NCBI RefSeq assembly: GCF_000007185.1 | Contig: NC_003551.1 | Span: 390,001 to 422,000, forward strand | Reading direction: 5' to 3' | Length of the DNA stretch: 32,000 bases | Source of the DNA: Methanopyrus kandleri AV19 | GTDB lineage: Archaea > JAADCQ01 > Methanopyri > Methanopyrales > Methanopyraceae | Shown here: one piece after another, positions 16,436-24,418 of the stretch | Layout: each line of letters opens with the position of its first letter | How positions within the stretch are numbered: the stretch's first letter is position 1 | The notes under the pieces: generated by a model | Databases searched by the model: none | What the model was told of the DNA's origin: nothing | The model's input: the letters and a program-made list of their open reading frames with translations, nothing else | Made by a program: the position numbers and the translations under genes

Positions 16436-17173
16436 TCAGAGGCAGCGGAGCGCATCGACTATCTGGGTCTTAGCCTCGGTCTTCTTGTCCACGTCTTTGA
16501 CAACTCGCGCGGGTACGCCGGCCACCACTTTACTCGGCGGCACATCCTCGGTGACGACGGCGCCGGCCGCGACCACGGCTCCCTTTCCTACCCTCACCCC
16601 CTCGAGAATGACGGCGTTCGCCCCGATGACGACGTCGTCTTCGATCACGACGGGTTTAGCGCTAGGGGGCTCGAGAACACCGGCGATGACCGCGCCGGCG
16701 CCGATGTGTACGTTCTTCCCGACCTCCGCCCGGGAACCCACGACCGCGTTCATGTCGACCATGGTACCGTCGCCTATCTTGGCACCGATGTTGATCACGG
16801 CACCCATCATCACCACGACTCCTTTACCCAACTTCACCTTCTCCCGGATTATCGCACCCGGCTCGATCCTGACGTCCTCGAACTCGGAGTAATCCGCCAA
16901 CGGCACGGCCCTGTTGCGGTGATCCAGCTCTTTGTGATAGTACTCCACCGAGTCCTCGCTCTCGAGCACTTCGACAACATCGTCGTGCTCGCCGATCACG
17001 ATGACGTGGTCGACACCCGTGAACACCTTGGCATCCTCCAGGCGCTCCTCCAAGCGCTCGGCCAGTCCTTCGGGATCGTCCGTTTTGACGTAGAATTTGG
17101 CGATCGTACGCTTGGGACTCTCGGAAATGTATCGAATTAGCTCTTCTGGATCCAGCTCCGACAACGGTCTCAC
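16436..17173 (-). CDS. dapH: Tetrahydrodipicolinate N-acyltransferase, DapH-like (left-handed beta helix)
   Basis: Hexapeptide repeats (GAIIREKVKLGKGVVVMMGAVINIGAKIGDGTMVDMNAVVGSRAEVGKNVHIGAGAVIAGV) with DapH-like N-terminus; adjacent to dapF. Confidence 0.85.
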   Translation of the reverse strand: MRPLSELDPEELIRYISESPKRTIAKFYVKTDDPEGLAERLEERLEDAKVFTGVDHVIVIGEHDDVVEVLESEDSVEYYHKELDHRNRAVPLADYSEFEDVRIEPGAIIREKVKLGKGVVVMMGAVINIGAKIGDGTMVDMNAVVGSRAEVGKNVHIGAGAVIAGVLEPPSAKPVVIEDDVVIGANAVILEGVRVGKGAVVAAGAVVTEDVPPSKVVAGVPARVVKDVDKKTEAKTQIVDALRCL

Positions 17174-17748
17174 CCCAGCAGCTCTAGGAAGTTGCGGGCG
17201 ATCCGATCCCCGCCCTCGGTCATGAAGCTTTCAGGATGGAATTGCACCCCGTACACGTCGTAGTCGGCGTGCCTGACGGCCATGAGTTCTCCGTCGTCTC
17301 CCGACCATGCGCACGGTAGCAGCTCTTCGGGCAAGGAGGATTCCTCGATGACCAGTGAGTGGTACCTCATCCCTTGGAAGGGGCTTTCGAGCCCTGAGAG
17401 GATCCCGGACCCGTCGTGTTCTATCGGCGACGTCTTCCCGTGGACGATGCGTTTAGCCCGGCGGATCTGCGCTCCGTACGCCACTCCGATGCACTGGTGA
17501 CCTAGGCACACCCCCAGGATCGGGATCTCTCCCGCGAACCTCCGGATAGCTGGCACGGACACTCCAGCGTCTCGTTCCGGGTGTCCGGGCCCGGGACTGA
17601 CGACGAGACCGTCGGGACGCAGCCGCTCGAGCCTGGAGAGCGGAACCTTGTTGGAGACAACTTTCAAATCGAGATCATATGAGGCGAACAAATGGTAGAG
17701 ATTATACACGAAACTATCCTTGTTATTTATCAGAACTAGTCTCCTCAA
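17170..17748 (-). CDS. trpG: Anthranilate synthase component II (glutamine amidotransferase)
   Basis: NNKDSFVYNLYH, VVSPGPGHP, ILGVCLGHQCI, GKTSPI, YGVQFHPESFMTEGG; overlaps trpE. Confidence 0.93.
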   Translation of the reverse strand: MRRLVLINNKDSFVYNLYHLFASYDLDLKVVSNKVPLSRLERLRPDGLVVSPGPGHPERDAGVSVPAIRRFAGEIPILGVCLGHQCIGVAYGAQIRRAKRIVHGKTSPIEHDGSGILSGLESPFQGMRYHSLVIEESSLPEELLPCAWSGDDGELMAVRHADYDVYGVQFHPESFMTEGGDRIARNFLELLG

Positions 17749-19141
17749 GGATAGCTCCCACCATCGCTTTCATTTTATTTTCAGTTTCGAACCACTCGTT
17801 TTCGGGCACCGAGTCGTACACGATACCGGCACCCGCCTGCGTGAACCATCGACGGCCCGTCGAGAAAATGGTACGGATCGATATCGCGAAGTCCATATCC
17901 CCTGTCCAGCTGACGTATCCGACGCCTCCGGCGTACGGGCCTCGCTTGTACACCTCCAGCTCGTCGATGATTTCCATAGCCCTCACCTTCGGGGCCCCGG
18001 AGACGGTTCCGGCCGGGAACGTCGCCCGGAGTACGTCCCAGGGGGTAACTCCCTCCTTTCTCTCACCCACCACCTCGGACACGATGTGCTGCACGTGACT
18101 GTACTTCTCGATCTCCATGAGCCGCGTGACTTCGACCGTTCCGGGTCTCGAGACCTTACCCACGTCGTTTCTGGCGAGATCCACGAGCATCGCGTGCTCC
18201 GCGAGCTCTTTCTCATCTTCGAGCATCTCACGGGCCAGCTCTTCGTCCTCTTCTGGGGTACTACCACGGGGCCTGGTGCCGGCTATGGGTTTCGTGATGA
18301 TGCGATCACCTTCCAGCCGGACGAGCGTCTCGGGACTGGACCCGATGATCCTCCGCTCGCCGAACTCCAAGCAGTACATGTACGGGGACGGGTTGATGTC
18401 GCGGAGCCTTCGGTACACCTCGAGCGGATCCGCGACCGCTCGCACCTCCACCCGCCTCGAGAGTACAACCTGGAAGATGTCCCCCGAGATTATGTACTCC
18501 TTCGCCCGCTCGACGATCCCCTCGAACTCCTCTTTCTCCAGGTCCCGCTTCAGCTCCCCCGTCCGGTGCACCTTAGGGGCCGTCTGTCCGCTCACCTCTC
18601 GGACACACTCCTCGATCGCCTCCGCCGTCCACTCGACCTCGTAGTCGTCGGGATGGACGGAGATCAGCTCGACTCTGTCCTCGTAGTGGTCGAAGCGCAC
18701 CACCGAGTCGTAGAGGCACAGCTCGAAGGACGGCCACTCCGGGTCGGCGACGGTGGTCGATTTGACGTCCAGCCAGTCTTCGACGACGTCGTACGATATG
18801 TAGCCCACGAGACCGCCGACGAAGCCGGACCCCTCGACCTTCGGGATTCGGGAGAACACGCGGCGCATGAGCTGGAAGTGGTCCTCATCCGTTTCCTTTC
18901 GACCTTCAACCACTAAATCGGCGTACTCCGGGTCACCGACGTCCACGCGGACTCGACCGTCGACGCACTCTATCCTAAGCGCCGGTGAGAAGCCTACGAA
19001 GGAGTACCGGCCGCTGGCACCGATCTCGGCCGACTCGAATAGGAACGTGTGTGAGGACAGCGTCCTCAAGGCCGCGTAGACCTCGTCGGGAGACCTGTCT
19101 ATATCTAGCTCCCTTACAGTCAAGCGCACTTCATCACACAC
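17723..19141 (-). CDS. trpE: Anthranilate synthase component I
   Basis: GGLVGYISYDVVE, GDIFQVVLSRR, GSSPETLVRLEGDRIITKPIAGTRPRG, DLARNDVGKVSRPGTVEV, FPAGTVSGAPKVRAMEII, QAGAGIVYDSVPENE. Confidence 0.97.
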   Translation of the reverse strand: MCDEVRLTVRELDIDRSPDEVYAALRTLSSHTFLFESAEIGASGRYSFVGFSPALRIECVDGRVRVDVGDPEYADLVVEGRKETDEDHFQLMRRVFSRIPKVEGSGFVGGLVGYISYDVVEDWLDVKSTTVADPEWPSFELCLYDSVVRFDHYEDRVELISVHPDDYEVEWTAEAIEECVREVSGQTAPKVHRTGELKRDLEKEEFEGIVERAKEYIISGDIFQVVLSRRVEVRAVADPLEVYRRLRDINPSPYMYCLEFGERRIIGSSPETLVRLEGDRIITKPIAGTRPRGSTPEEDEELAREMLEDEKELAEHAMLVDLARNDVGKVSRPGTVEVTRLMEIEKYSHVQHIVSEVVGERKEGVTPWDVLRATFPAGTVSGAPKVRAMEIIDELEVYKRGPYAGGVGYVSWTGDMDFAISIRTIFSTGRRWFTQAGAGIVYDSVPENEWFETENKMKAMVGAILEETSSDK

Positions 19142-19872
19142 CCTGCCACTATCGGTGTTATATGAACTTCTAAGTACGCGGCGACGGTCAGGCCTGCGAT
19201 ACAGGCGGCCGTGTTACGGATTACCCAACTCGGTACCTCCAAGTTCCCATGAGGCCACCGCTCATGGAGTCGGACTCTGTAGATCAGGTAATCGGCCAGA
19301 TGCACGCCCATGGCTCCCGCGATGATTAGTGTCGGGAACTCGATTACCCCGTGAGGTAGTAAAGCCGCACCCAGCAGGAAGACCGGACCGAAGTTCTGCA
19401 GTACCCACATCCCGAAGGCCCCAGCGGCGAACCCGTTGATCGCTGGGATCAGCAGCGGTCCGAGCTTCAACGTCAGTATCACGTCGGCCTCTTTGTACCG
19501 CCGTACGTCGAACCCGAGCTTACGAGCTAGCTTCACGAGAATCGGGGCGTACGGAGGATTGTTCATGCTTCTGCGGAGGACGTCGGGAGCGTACCTCGTC
19601 ACCAGTCGGTCCAGGGTCAGCGCTATCAGGCCACCGAAGGTGGTTATGAGTATCGTCATAGTGTTCCATAGGGTAATGGAGAGCATGAACCGCTCCATCG
19701 GAAAGGGCAGAAGGCGTGCGAGGGCCTCTACCTTCTGACACGTCGTTTTAAGGATAATGTCCGGGAGAGAGGGGAACATGAAGTACGCGATCATCCCCAG
19801 GAACCCTGAAATAAGGAAGACGTCGGCTACCGTCACGATGTAGCGCCAAGGACTTCCCACCGATGCATGCAC
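19120..19872 (-). CDS. Stage II sporulation protein M (SpoIIM)-family membrane protein
   Basis: Polytopic protein with LLPHGVIEFPTLIIAGAMGVHLADYLIYRVR, resembling the LxPHGxxExPxxxIAxAxG family signature. Confidence 0.8.
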   Translation of the reverse strand: MHASVGSPWRYIVTVADVFLISGFLGMIAYFMFPSLPDIILKTTCQKVEALARLLPFPMERFMLSITLWNTMTILITTFGGLIALTLDRLVTRYAPDVLRRSMNNPPYAPILVKLARKLGFDVRRYKEADVILTLKLGPLLIPAINGFAAGAFGMWVLQNFGPVFLLGAALLPHGVIEFPTLIIAGAMGVHLADYLIYRVRLHERWPHGNLEVPSWVIRNTAACIAGLTVAAYLEVHITPIVAGCVMKCA

Positions 19873-19924
19873 CCCCGGATGATGAGTACGGCGGATTGCG
19901 GAAATGTGATGATGAGGGACCCAG

Positions 19925-21559
19925 TCACCTGACCTCGGCTCTGAGGGTCACGAACACCGGCCCCTTGATTTCGATCTCACCTCCTTTTTTGGTTACGTAG
20001 CGTAACAGCTTCCGAGGAAGACTCAGGTTGACCTGCGAGGGGCGACTCACCTTACGGACCGACACGGTGGTCTCCCCTCCTCCAGTCGCGAGCAGCTCCT
20101 CCACCTCGTAGGCCAACCGCGCCGCCAGTCCTTCTTCGAATGACACCCCAGAGTACACGCCCTCCTCGCGGATCTCACGGCCGAAGTCGCCCTCGGGCGG
20201 GACGGCGTAGAGGTTACCATCGAGGACGTAAACGCGGTTGAAGGCCGCGGGCCCCGCGAGAGGTTCTCCCTTCTCTTCCTCGACGGCGTGGACTACCACC
20301 TCCCGATCGCCAAACTCCCCGCGGAACAGCTCGACTTCCACGGGCCCCTCCTCGTCGGCGTGCTCGTGAAGCCCCCGCACCACCTCACGAACCAGCCGTT
20401 CCCCGAACGACGTAGCCGGCTTCCGCTCGTAGTCGATCATCCTGGCCAGCTCCAGATCTGAAGGTTCCCACGGTTCGTACTCGACGTACGCGAGGGAACG
20501 CACGTCGTCGATACCGTGGAGGACCATGCACAACCGCTCCACGCCGATCCCGAGGTTCATGACCGGGTAGTCAATCCCGTACTCCGCCAGCGCCACCGGT
20601 GAGTACAGCCCGAACGTCGCTATCTCCACCCAACCCGGTCCCAGCTCCTCGTCCTCGATGGAGTCCTCCAGGTCGGGGTGGTAAGCGTACACCTCGGTCT
20701 GTGTTCCGGGTACGTAGTATTTGGACATTTTCTCATCGGGAACGAACTCGAAATCCTCGAACCCGAACTGCCGGAGGATCGCCTCCGCTACTGCCTTCCC
20801 GGTGTCCACGGTCACGTCGTCGCTGACCACGACGCACGACGCGGAGTGGTACGTCATCAAGTGGCTCTCGTCCTCCCGCTGCTCGCGTCGGAAGCACCTG
20901 TCGATGGAGAACAATTTCAACGGCGGATCCTCACGCTTCAGTATCTCGGATAGCGTTATAAACCAACCCGCGGTCATGTGCGATCGGAGGGTGAGCGGAG
21001 GCTCCAGCGGCTCGGGCTTCAGGCGCTTGAGCTCGGGGAAGACCTCGTCCAGTATCCTCACCGCCGTCCCGTCGTCCGTGTCCAGGGCCTCCGCGATCTC
21101 GTGTGTCAGCTCGTCACCGTCGATCTCGCCCTTCTTGTACGCGTGCAGGGTTTCCCTCAGTCGTTCCACCTCGTCTTCGGATGGCTCCCGACCCAGCACC
21201 TCCGCCAACTTCTCGACCTTGTCCGCACCCAATCCTACGTCCGGACGCGGGAGTCCGGCGAGGTAGAAGCACCTGTCCAGCACGGCCGCCGCCTCCGGAC
21301 CGAACTGCTTGTACACCTCCTCCTCCGGGATGATGACGGGGTTCACGACCTCTCTGAAGCCCGCACGCAGGTACGCCTCCCTCAGCTGCTGAATAGTTTC
21401 GAACAGCGGATGGGGCTCGCCCGTCTCCACCTTAAGCCTCGGGTACCGGTCCCGGAGGCCGGGCTCCCGGACCAGCTTAGCACCCTCTTTCCAGGCTCGA
21501 TCGAAATCGCGCTGGGCCAGGGACCTCAGTTCCTCCAGCTTGTCACGGTCGAACGGCAT
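19925..21559 (-). CDS. sepS: O-phosphoseryl-tRNA(Cys) synthetase (SepRS)
   Basis: Class II aaRS motifs (TLRSHMTAGWFITLSEIL, FSIDRCFRREQREDESHLMTYHSASCVV, VMNLGIGVERLCM) with the SepRS N-terminus FDRDKLEELRSLAQRDFDRAWKEGAKLV. Confidence 0.94.
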   Translation of the reverse strand: MPFDRDKLEELRSLAQRDFDRAWKEGAKLVREPGLRDRYPRLKVETGEPHPLFETIQQLREAYLRAGFREVVNPVIIPEEEVYKQFGPEAAAVLDRCFYLAGLPRPDVGLGADKVEKLAEVLGREPSEDEVERLRETLHAYKKGEIDGDELTHEIAEALDTDDGTAVRILDEVFPELKRLKPEPLEPPLTLRSHMTAGWFITLSEILKREDPPLKLFSIDRCFRREQREDESHLMTYHSASCVVVSDDVTVDTGKAVAEAILRQFGFEDFEFVPDEKMSKYYVPGTQTEVYAYHPDLEDSIEDEELGPGWVEIATFGLYSPVALAEYGIDYPVMNLGIGVERLCMVLHGIDDVRSLAYVEYEPWEPSDLELARMIDYERKPATSFGERLVREVVRGLHEHADEEGPVEVELFRGEFGDREVVVHAVEEEKGEPLAGPAAFNRVYVLDGNLYAVPPEGDFGREIREEGVYSGVSFEEGLAARLAYEVEELLATGGGETTVSVRKVSRPSQVNLSLPRKLLRYVTKKGGEIEIKGPVFVTLRAEVR

Positions 21560-21680
21560 CCGCAGTGCCCCTCACATGCCGGGTCTGCGGGCCGGGTCAT
21601 GGTTTTTCCCGGAGGTGTTAACGTGACGGAACCGGAAAGAATATGGACGCGGTTTCCGAAGGGTAACCGAGGGTGGGGCG

Positions 21681-22184
21681 GTGAGGCCCCTCCCTCTGAT
21701 CGTAGCTTGTGCGGTCGCCCTTGCAAGTCCTGCACTGGCGTGGGAACGGACGGAAGTCAGCGTGGACACGTACGTCCTGAATTATGAAGGCGACGCTCCG
21801 AACCACTTGATGTTGGACGTCGATATCGCGGACGAGAACGGTAACGTGTTCGTAGGCTGGCTCCTGGACGGCCTGGAAAGTAAATCGGAACCGAGAGTCT
21901 GGGAGGGACTCATGGATCGTGTTACGGTGATACTGAACGCCATTTACGACGACGGGAAGCTGAGGCTTGAGATGAGGAAAACGTTCACGGTGCACTTCGA
22001 TTACGATGGAAACGACGGAGTGCACGTATACGTAAAAGGGGACGACGCCCCAATCATCAGGACCGAGGACGGCCGAACAGTGCTCGTATGGGAAAGGTGT
22101 CAAAGACGGCGAATCCGAAGTTCTGAGGATAATGGTAGAAGGTGTGAACGGTCGGAGATGGAAGGTAGAACGTGGAGAAGGTGA
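21681..22184 (+). CDS. Putative secreted protein, N-terminal portion (signal peptide)
   Basis: Signal-peptide-like MRPLPLIVACAVALASPALA-W; secreted-type sequence to about 22090, then a low-quality Arg-rich tail (CQRRRIRSSEDNGRRCERSEMEGRTWRR) suggesting loss of frame. Confidence 0.6.
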   Translation: MRPLPLIVACAVALASPALAWERTEVSVDTYVLNYEGDAPNHLMLDVDIADENGNVFVGWLLDGLESKSEPRVWEGLMDRVTVILNAIYDDGKLRLEMRKTFTVHFDYDGNDGVHVYVKGDDAPIIRTEDGRTVLVWERCQRRRIRSSEDNGRRCERSEMEGRTWRR

Positions 22185-22410
22185 ATACGTCGTCGTGCAC
22201 TGGATCGCGGAAGGGTGGGCACGGATTAGGGTCAAAGTGGCGGCTTCGAACAGCGGAAAGGTCCTTAGGGTCTTGGACATTTCGTGGCACTACGACAAAG
22301 AGGAGCGACGAGAAGAGAGGCAGGAACGGGGAGTCCCAGTGGGCGCGGTGGCATCGCTGACGGGGGTCGTTCTCGCGTGGATGCTGCGATCCTCACGGTC
22401 TCGGTACTGA
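22036..22410 (+). CDS. Probable C-terminal portion of the same secreted protein in the +1 frame
   Basis: Frame is open 22036-22410 with no good start before ATG 22132; protein-like sequence GKGVKDGESEVLRIMVEGVNGRRWKVERGEGEYVVVHWIAEGWARIRVKVAASNSGKVLRVLDISWHYDKEERREERQERGVPVGAVASLTGVVLAWMLRSSRSRY. Confidence 0.45.
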   Translation, partial: KGTTPQSSGPRTAEQCSYGKGVKDGESEVLRIMVEGVNGRRWKVERGEGEYVVVHWIAEGWARIRVKVAASNSGKVLRVLDISWHYDKEERREERQERGVPVGAVASLTGVVLAWMLRSSRSRY

Positions 22411-23771
22411 GCCTGTGCGTCGATCTGAACAAGCAAGCCGACCGACTGGAAACCCACCTTCCACCGTTTCGACTCTCCTCTCCCTACCCCACCCCCTTCC
22501 GTTACGTACTGGCCCGACCCGAAAGTATAGAGGTTCATCCTCCCATGGATCCCGAAGGCGAGCTGCGGATCGAGGTGTTACCTTCGGGATCGAAGGTGCT
22601 GTTCGACAGCCGCGAGTACGGCGCGCGGACGGTGGTCGAGTTCCGAGGACCTTACCTGATGGTAACGCGCCTACCAGTGGTCGGATTACCGAGGGACTTA
22701 CCCCGAGCTGCTGTGTTCTTCTCGGACGGGCGTAGGAACTACGCACTGATCAGCTACCGAGACGTCGCGACGGGTCGGGCCTACGTGGCCCTGTGTGAAA
22801 TAGCCCTGAACTTGCACGAGCTCGTCCGCGTACCGGTACCGATCTCACTGGACCTGGGAGAAAGGCTCTCCGAGTTCACGCTATACGATAACGGTACGTT
22901 CTCCGCGAAGTTTGAAGCCGGAGGGGGCGAACTCGTCGTCCGGGGTTCCCTACGACCTCCCGGCCTCTCCGTCGAATGGGACGGGGAGGGTGAGCTCATA
23001 GGGGAGAAGCGACCCATACTCGTACCGGGGACGTCCTGGGCGCTGTTGAACAAGTGTCCCGTGATCGTGTTTGGACAGGGTACGAACGACCTCTTGTGGC
23101 CGGACCGAGAGTACTTGGTATGGCGGACCCTGACATCGTACCGGTCCGAGTTGGAGGACGTCGTCGAGGAGATTGTCAAACGTTCGAAACGTTCGATAGA
23201 CCTGGGTCCGGCGCTCCTGTGCGCTTACTCGACGCTAGCCGGGCTCACTGTCGATACACTGTCTCAAGTCCGGCCACCTCGGTTATGGAGTGGTCCGTGG
23301 GCGTGGTTGGGAGCGGTGGTGGAGACCGTGGTGGGGATACCCGTGCTCGAGTGGGGAGTACTCCTGCCGATCGTCACCCGAACGGGGGAGCTCATCGGAA
23401 CTGTGGCACCGACGGTCGATCGCAGCGGGGTCGTCACGGGGATCTATTGGTTAACGGTCGAATGGTACGAAGCCTGGTTGCGCAGGGTCATCATGCGGAC
23501 GTGCGGGCTATCGTGGTGGGAAACTGGTATGCTCTGGGGAGCGTTGGACGCTCTCTTCAACTCCCTCAAGGAAAGGTCGTTGAATCCACATGACTTGATG
23601 CGTCGCCTGACTTTTCACGTAGCGGCTTCCTTATCGCCGGTCCTCGAAGTCGCTTTATACGCGGAGAACGCGGAGGACACGGGAGGCGATGTCATCACGT
23701 ACTACAGCTCGATCCTGGCGGCGATGGTCCGATGGCCGGAGCAGTCACTCCCGCTCCAGCGTCTTCTTTAG
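22377..23771 (+). CDS. Large hypothetical, probably envelope-associated protein
   Basis: GTG at 22377 gives VDAAILTVSVLSLCVDLNKQAD...; residues before it in the listed ORF look like out-of-frame low-complexity sequence. Hydrophobic internal segments (WAWLGAVVETVVGIPVLEWGVLLPIV). No family recognised. Confidence 0.6.
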   Translation: MDAAILTVSVLSLCVDLNKQADRLETHLPPFRLSSPYPTPFRYVLARPESIEVHPPMDPEGELRIEVLPSGSKVLFDSREYGARTVVEFRGPYLMVTRLPVVGLPRDLPRAAVFFSDGRRNYALISYRDVATGRAYVALCEIALNLHELVRVPVPISLDLGERLSEFTLYDNGTFSAKFEAGGGELVVRGSLRPPGLSVEWDGEGELIGEKRPILVPGTSWALLNKCPVIVFGQGTNDLLWPDREYLVWRTLTSYRSELEDVVEEIVKRSKRSIDLGPALLCAYSTLAGLTVDTLSQVRPPRLWSGPWAWLGAVVETVVGIPVLEWGVLLPIVTRTGELIGTVAPTVDRSGVVTGIYWLTVEWYEAWLRRVIMRTCGLSWWETGMLWGALDALFNSLKERSLNPHDLMRRLTFHVAASLSPVLEVALYAENAEDTGGDVITYYSSILAAMVRWPEQSLPLQRLL

Positions 23772-24398
23772 CTCCTCGGTTTTACCCGCGATGGTGACCT
23801 CGCTCCTGGTCCTCTCTAGGAGGGACCGGGCCACGTCCTGCTTCCTCTTGAGGTTGGGGACAACAGCCCTCGGGTAGTCGAACGTCATCGTCAGCGAGTA
23901 GATCTCCTCCATCACGTTGAGGAACTCCTCGGCCCTGTCCAGATCACCCTCCCGCAGCGCGTCCACCACGATCCTCCGGAGCTCGCCCACGGCGTCCAGC
24001 AGTCCCAGCAGGTAAGCCCGTGGGCTCACGTTGATCTCCTCGGGCGAGGGTGCCCTACGGTCTTTCACGATCGAGTACAGGATCTCCGCCTCAGCGTACT
24101 CCTGTAGGTGGTTCTCGGCGAATCCCGTGCGGAGCAGCTCAGGGAAGTCGCCCAGGAGATCGTGCAGTTCTGAGACCAGTTCGGCGGCCTCGTCCAGCTT
24201 ATCCCGGGCCTCCTCCAAGTTCCCACGGTGCACCTCGTACACTGCCTCCGAGCTCAGCTTGTGGAGGTCCCGCAGGATCACCTGCGCCTCGTCCCTGGCC
24301 TCGTCCAACGCGTCGAGCTCCTCGCGGATGTTCTCGATGGTCTCACGCAGGTTCTCGATCTCGGACACGGACGTCCCCCTATGGTGAAGGTCCTCCAC
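23745..24398 (-). CDS. Helical (coiled-coil-rich) hypothetical protein
   Basis: 217 aa, helical charged repeats (LRETIENIREELDALDEARDEAQVILRDLHKLSSEAVYEVHRGNLEEARDKLDEAAELV). Overlaps the convergent gene by 27 nt. Confidence 0.7.
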   Translation of the reverse strand: MEDLHHRGTSVSEIENLRETIENIREELDALDEARDEAQVILRDLHKLSSEAVYEVHRGNLEEARDKLDEAAELVSELHDLLGDFPELLRTGFAENHLQEYAEAEILYSIVKDRRAPSPEEINVSPRAYLLGLLDAVGELRRIVVDALREGDLDRAEEFLNVMEEIYSLTMTFDYPRAVVPNLKRKQDVARSLLERTRSEVTIAGKTEELKKTLERE

Positions 24399-24418
24399 CG
24401 GGATAAGCCATCATCGCG

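Noticed and set aside
16046-17140. 364-aa plus-strand ORF opposite dapF/dapH
   Set aside because: Mirror ORF of strongly supported minus-strand genes; low-complexity Thr/Ser/His/Arg-rich sequence typical of antisense frames in high-GC DNA.
17720-18916. 398-aa plus-strand ORF opposite trpE
   Set aside because: Antisense to an unambiguous TrpE with all catalytic motifs; sequence is His/Arg/Val-rich with no domain-like features.
20978-21787. 269-aa plus-strand ORF opposite sepS
   Set aside because: Antisense shadow of the SepRS coding frame.
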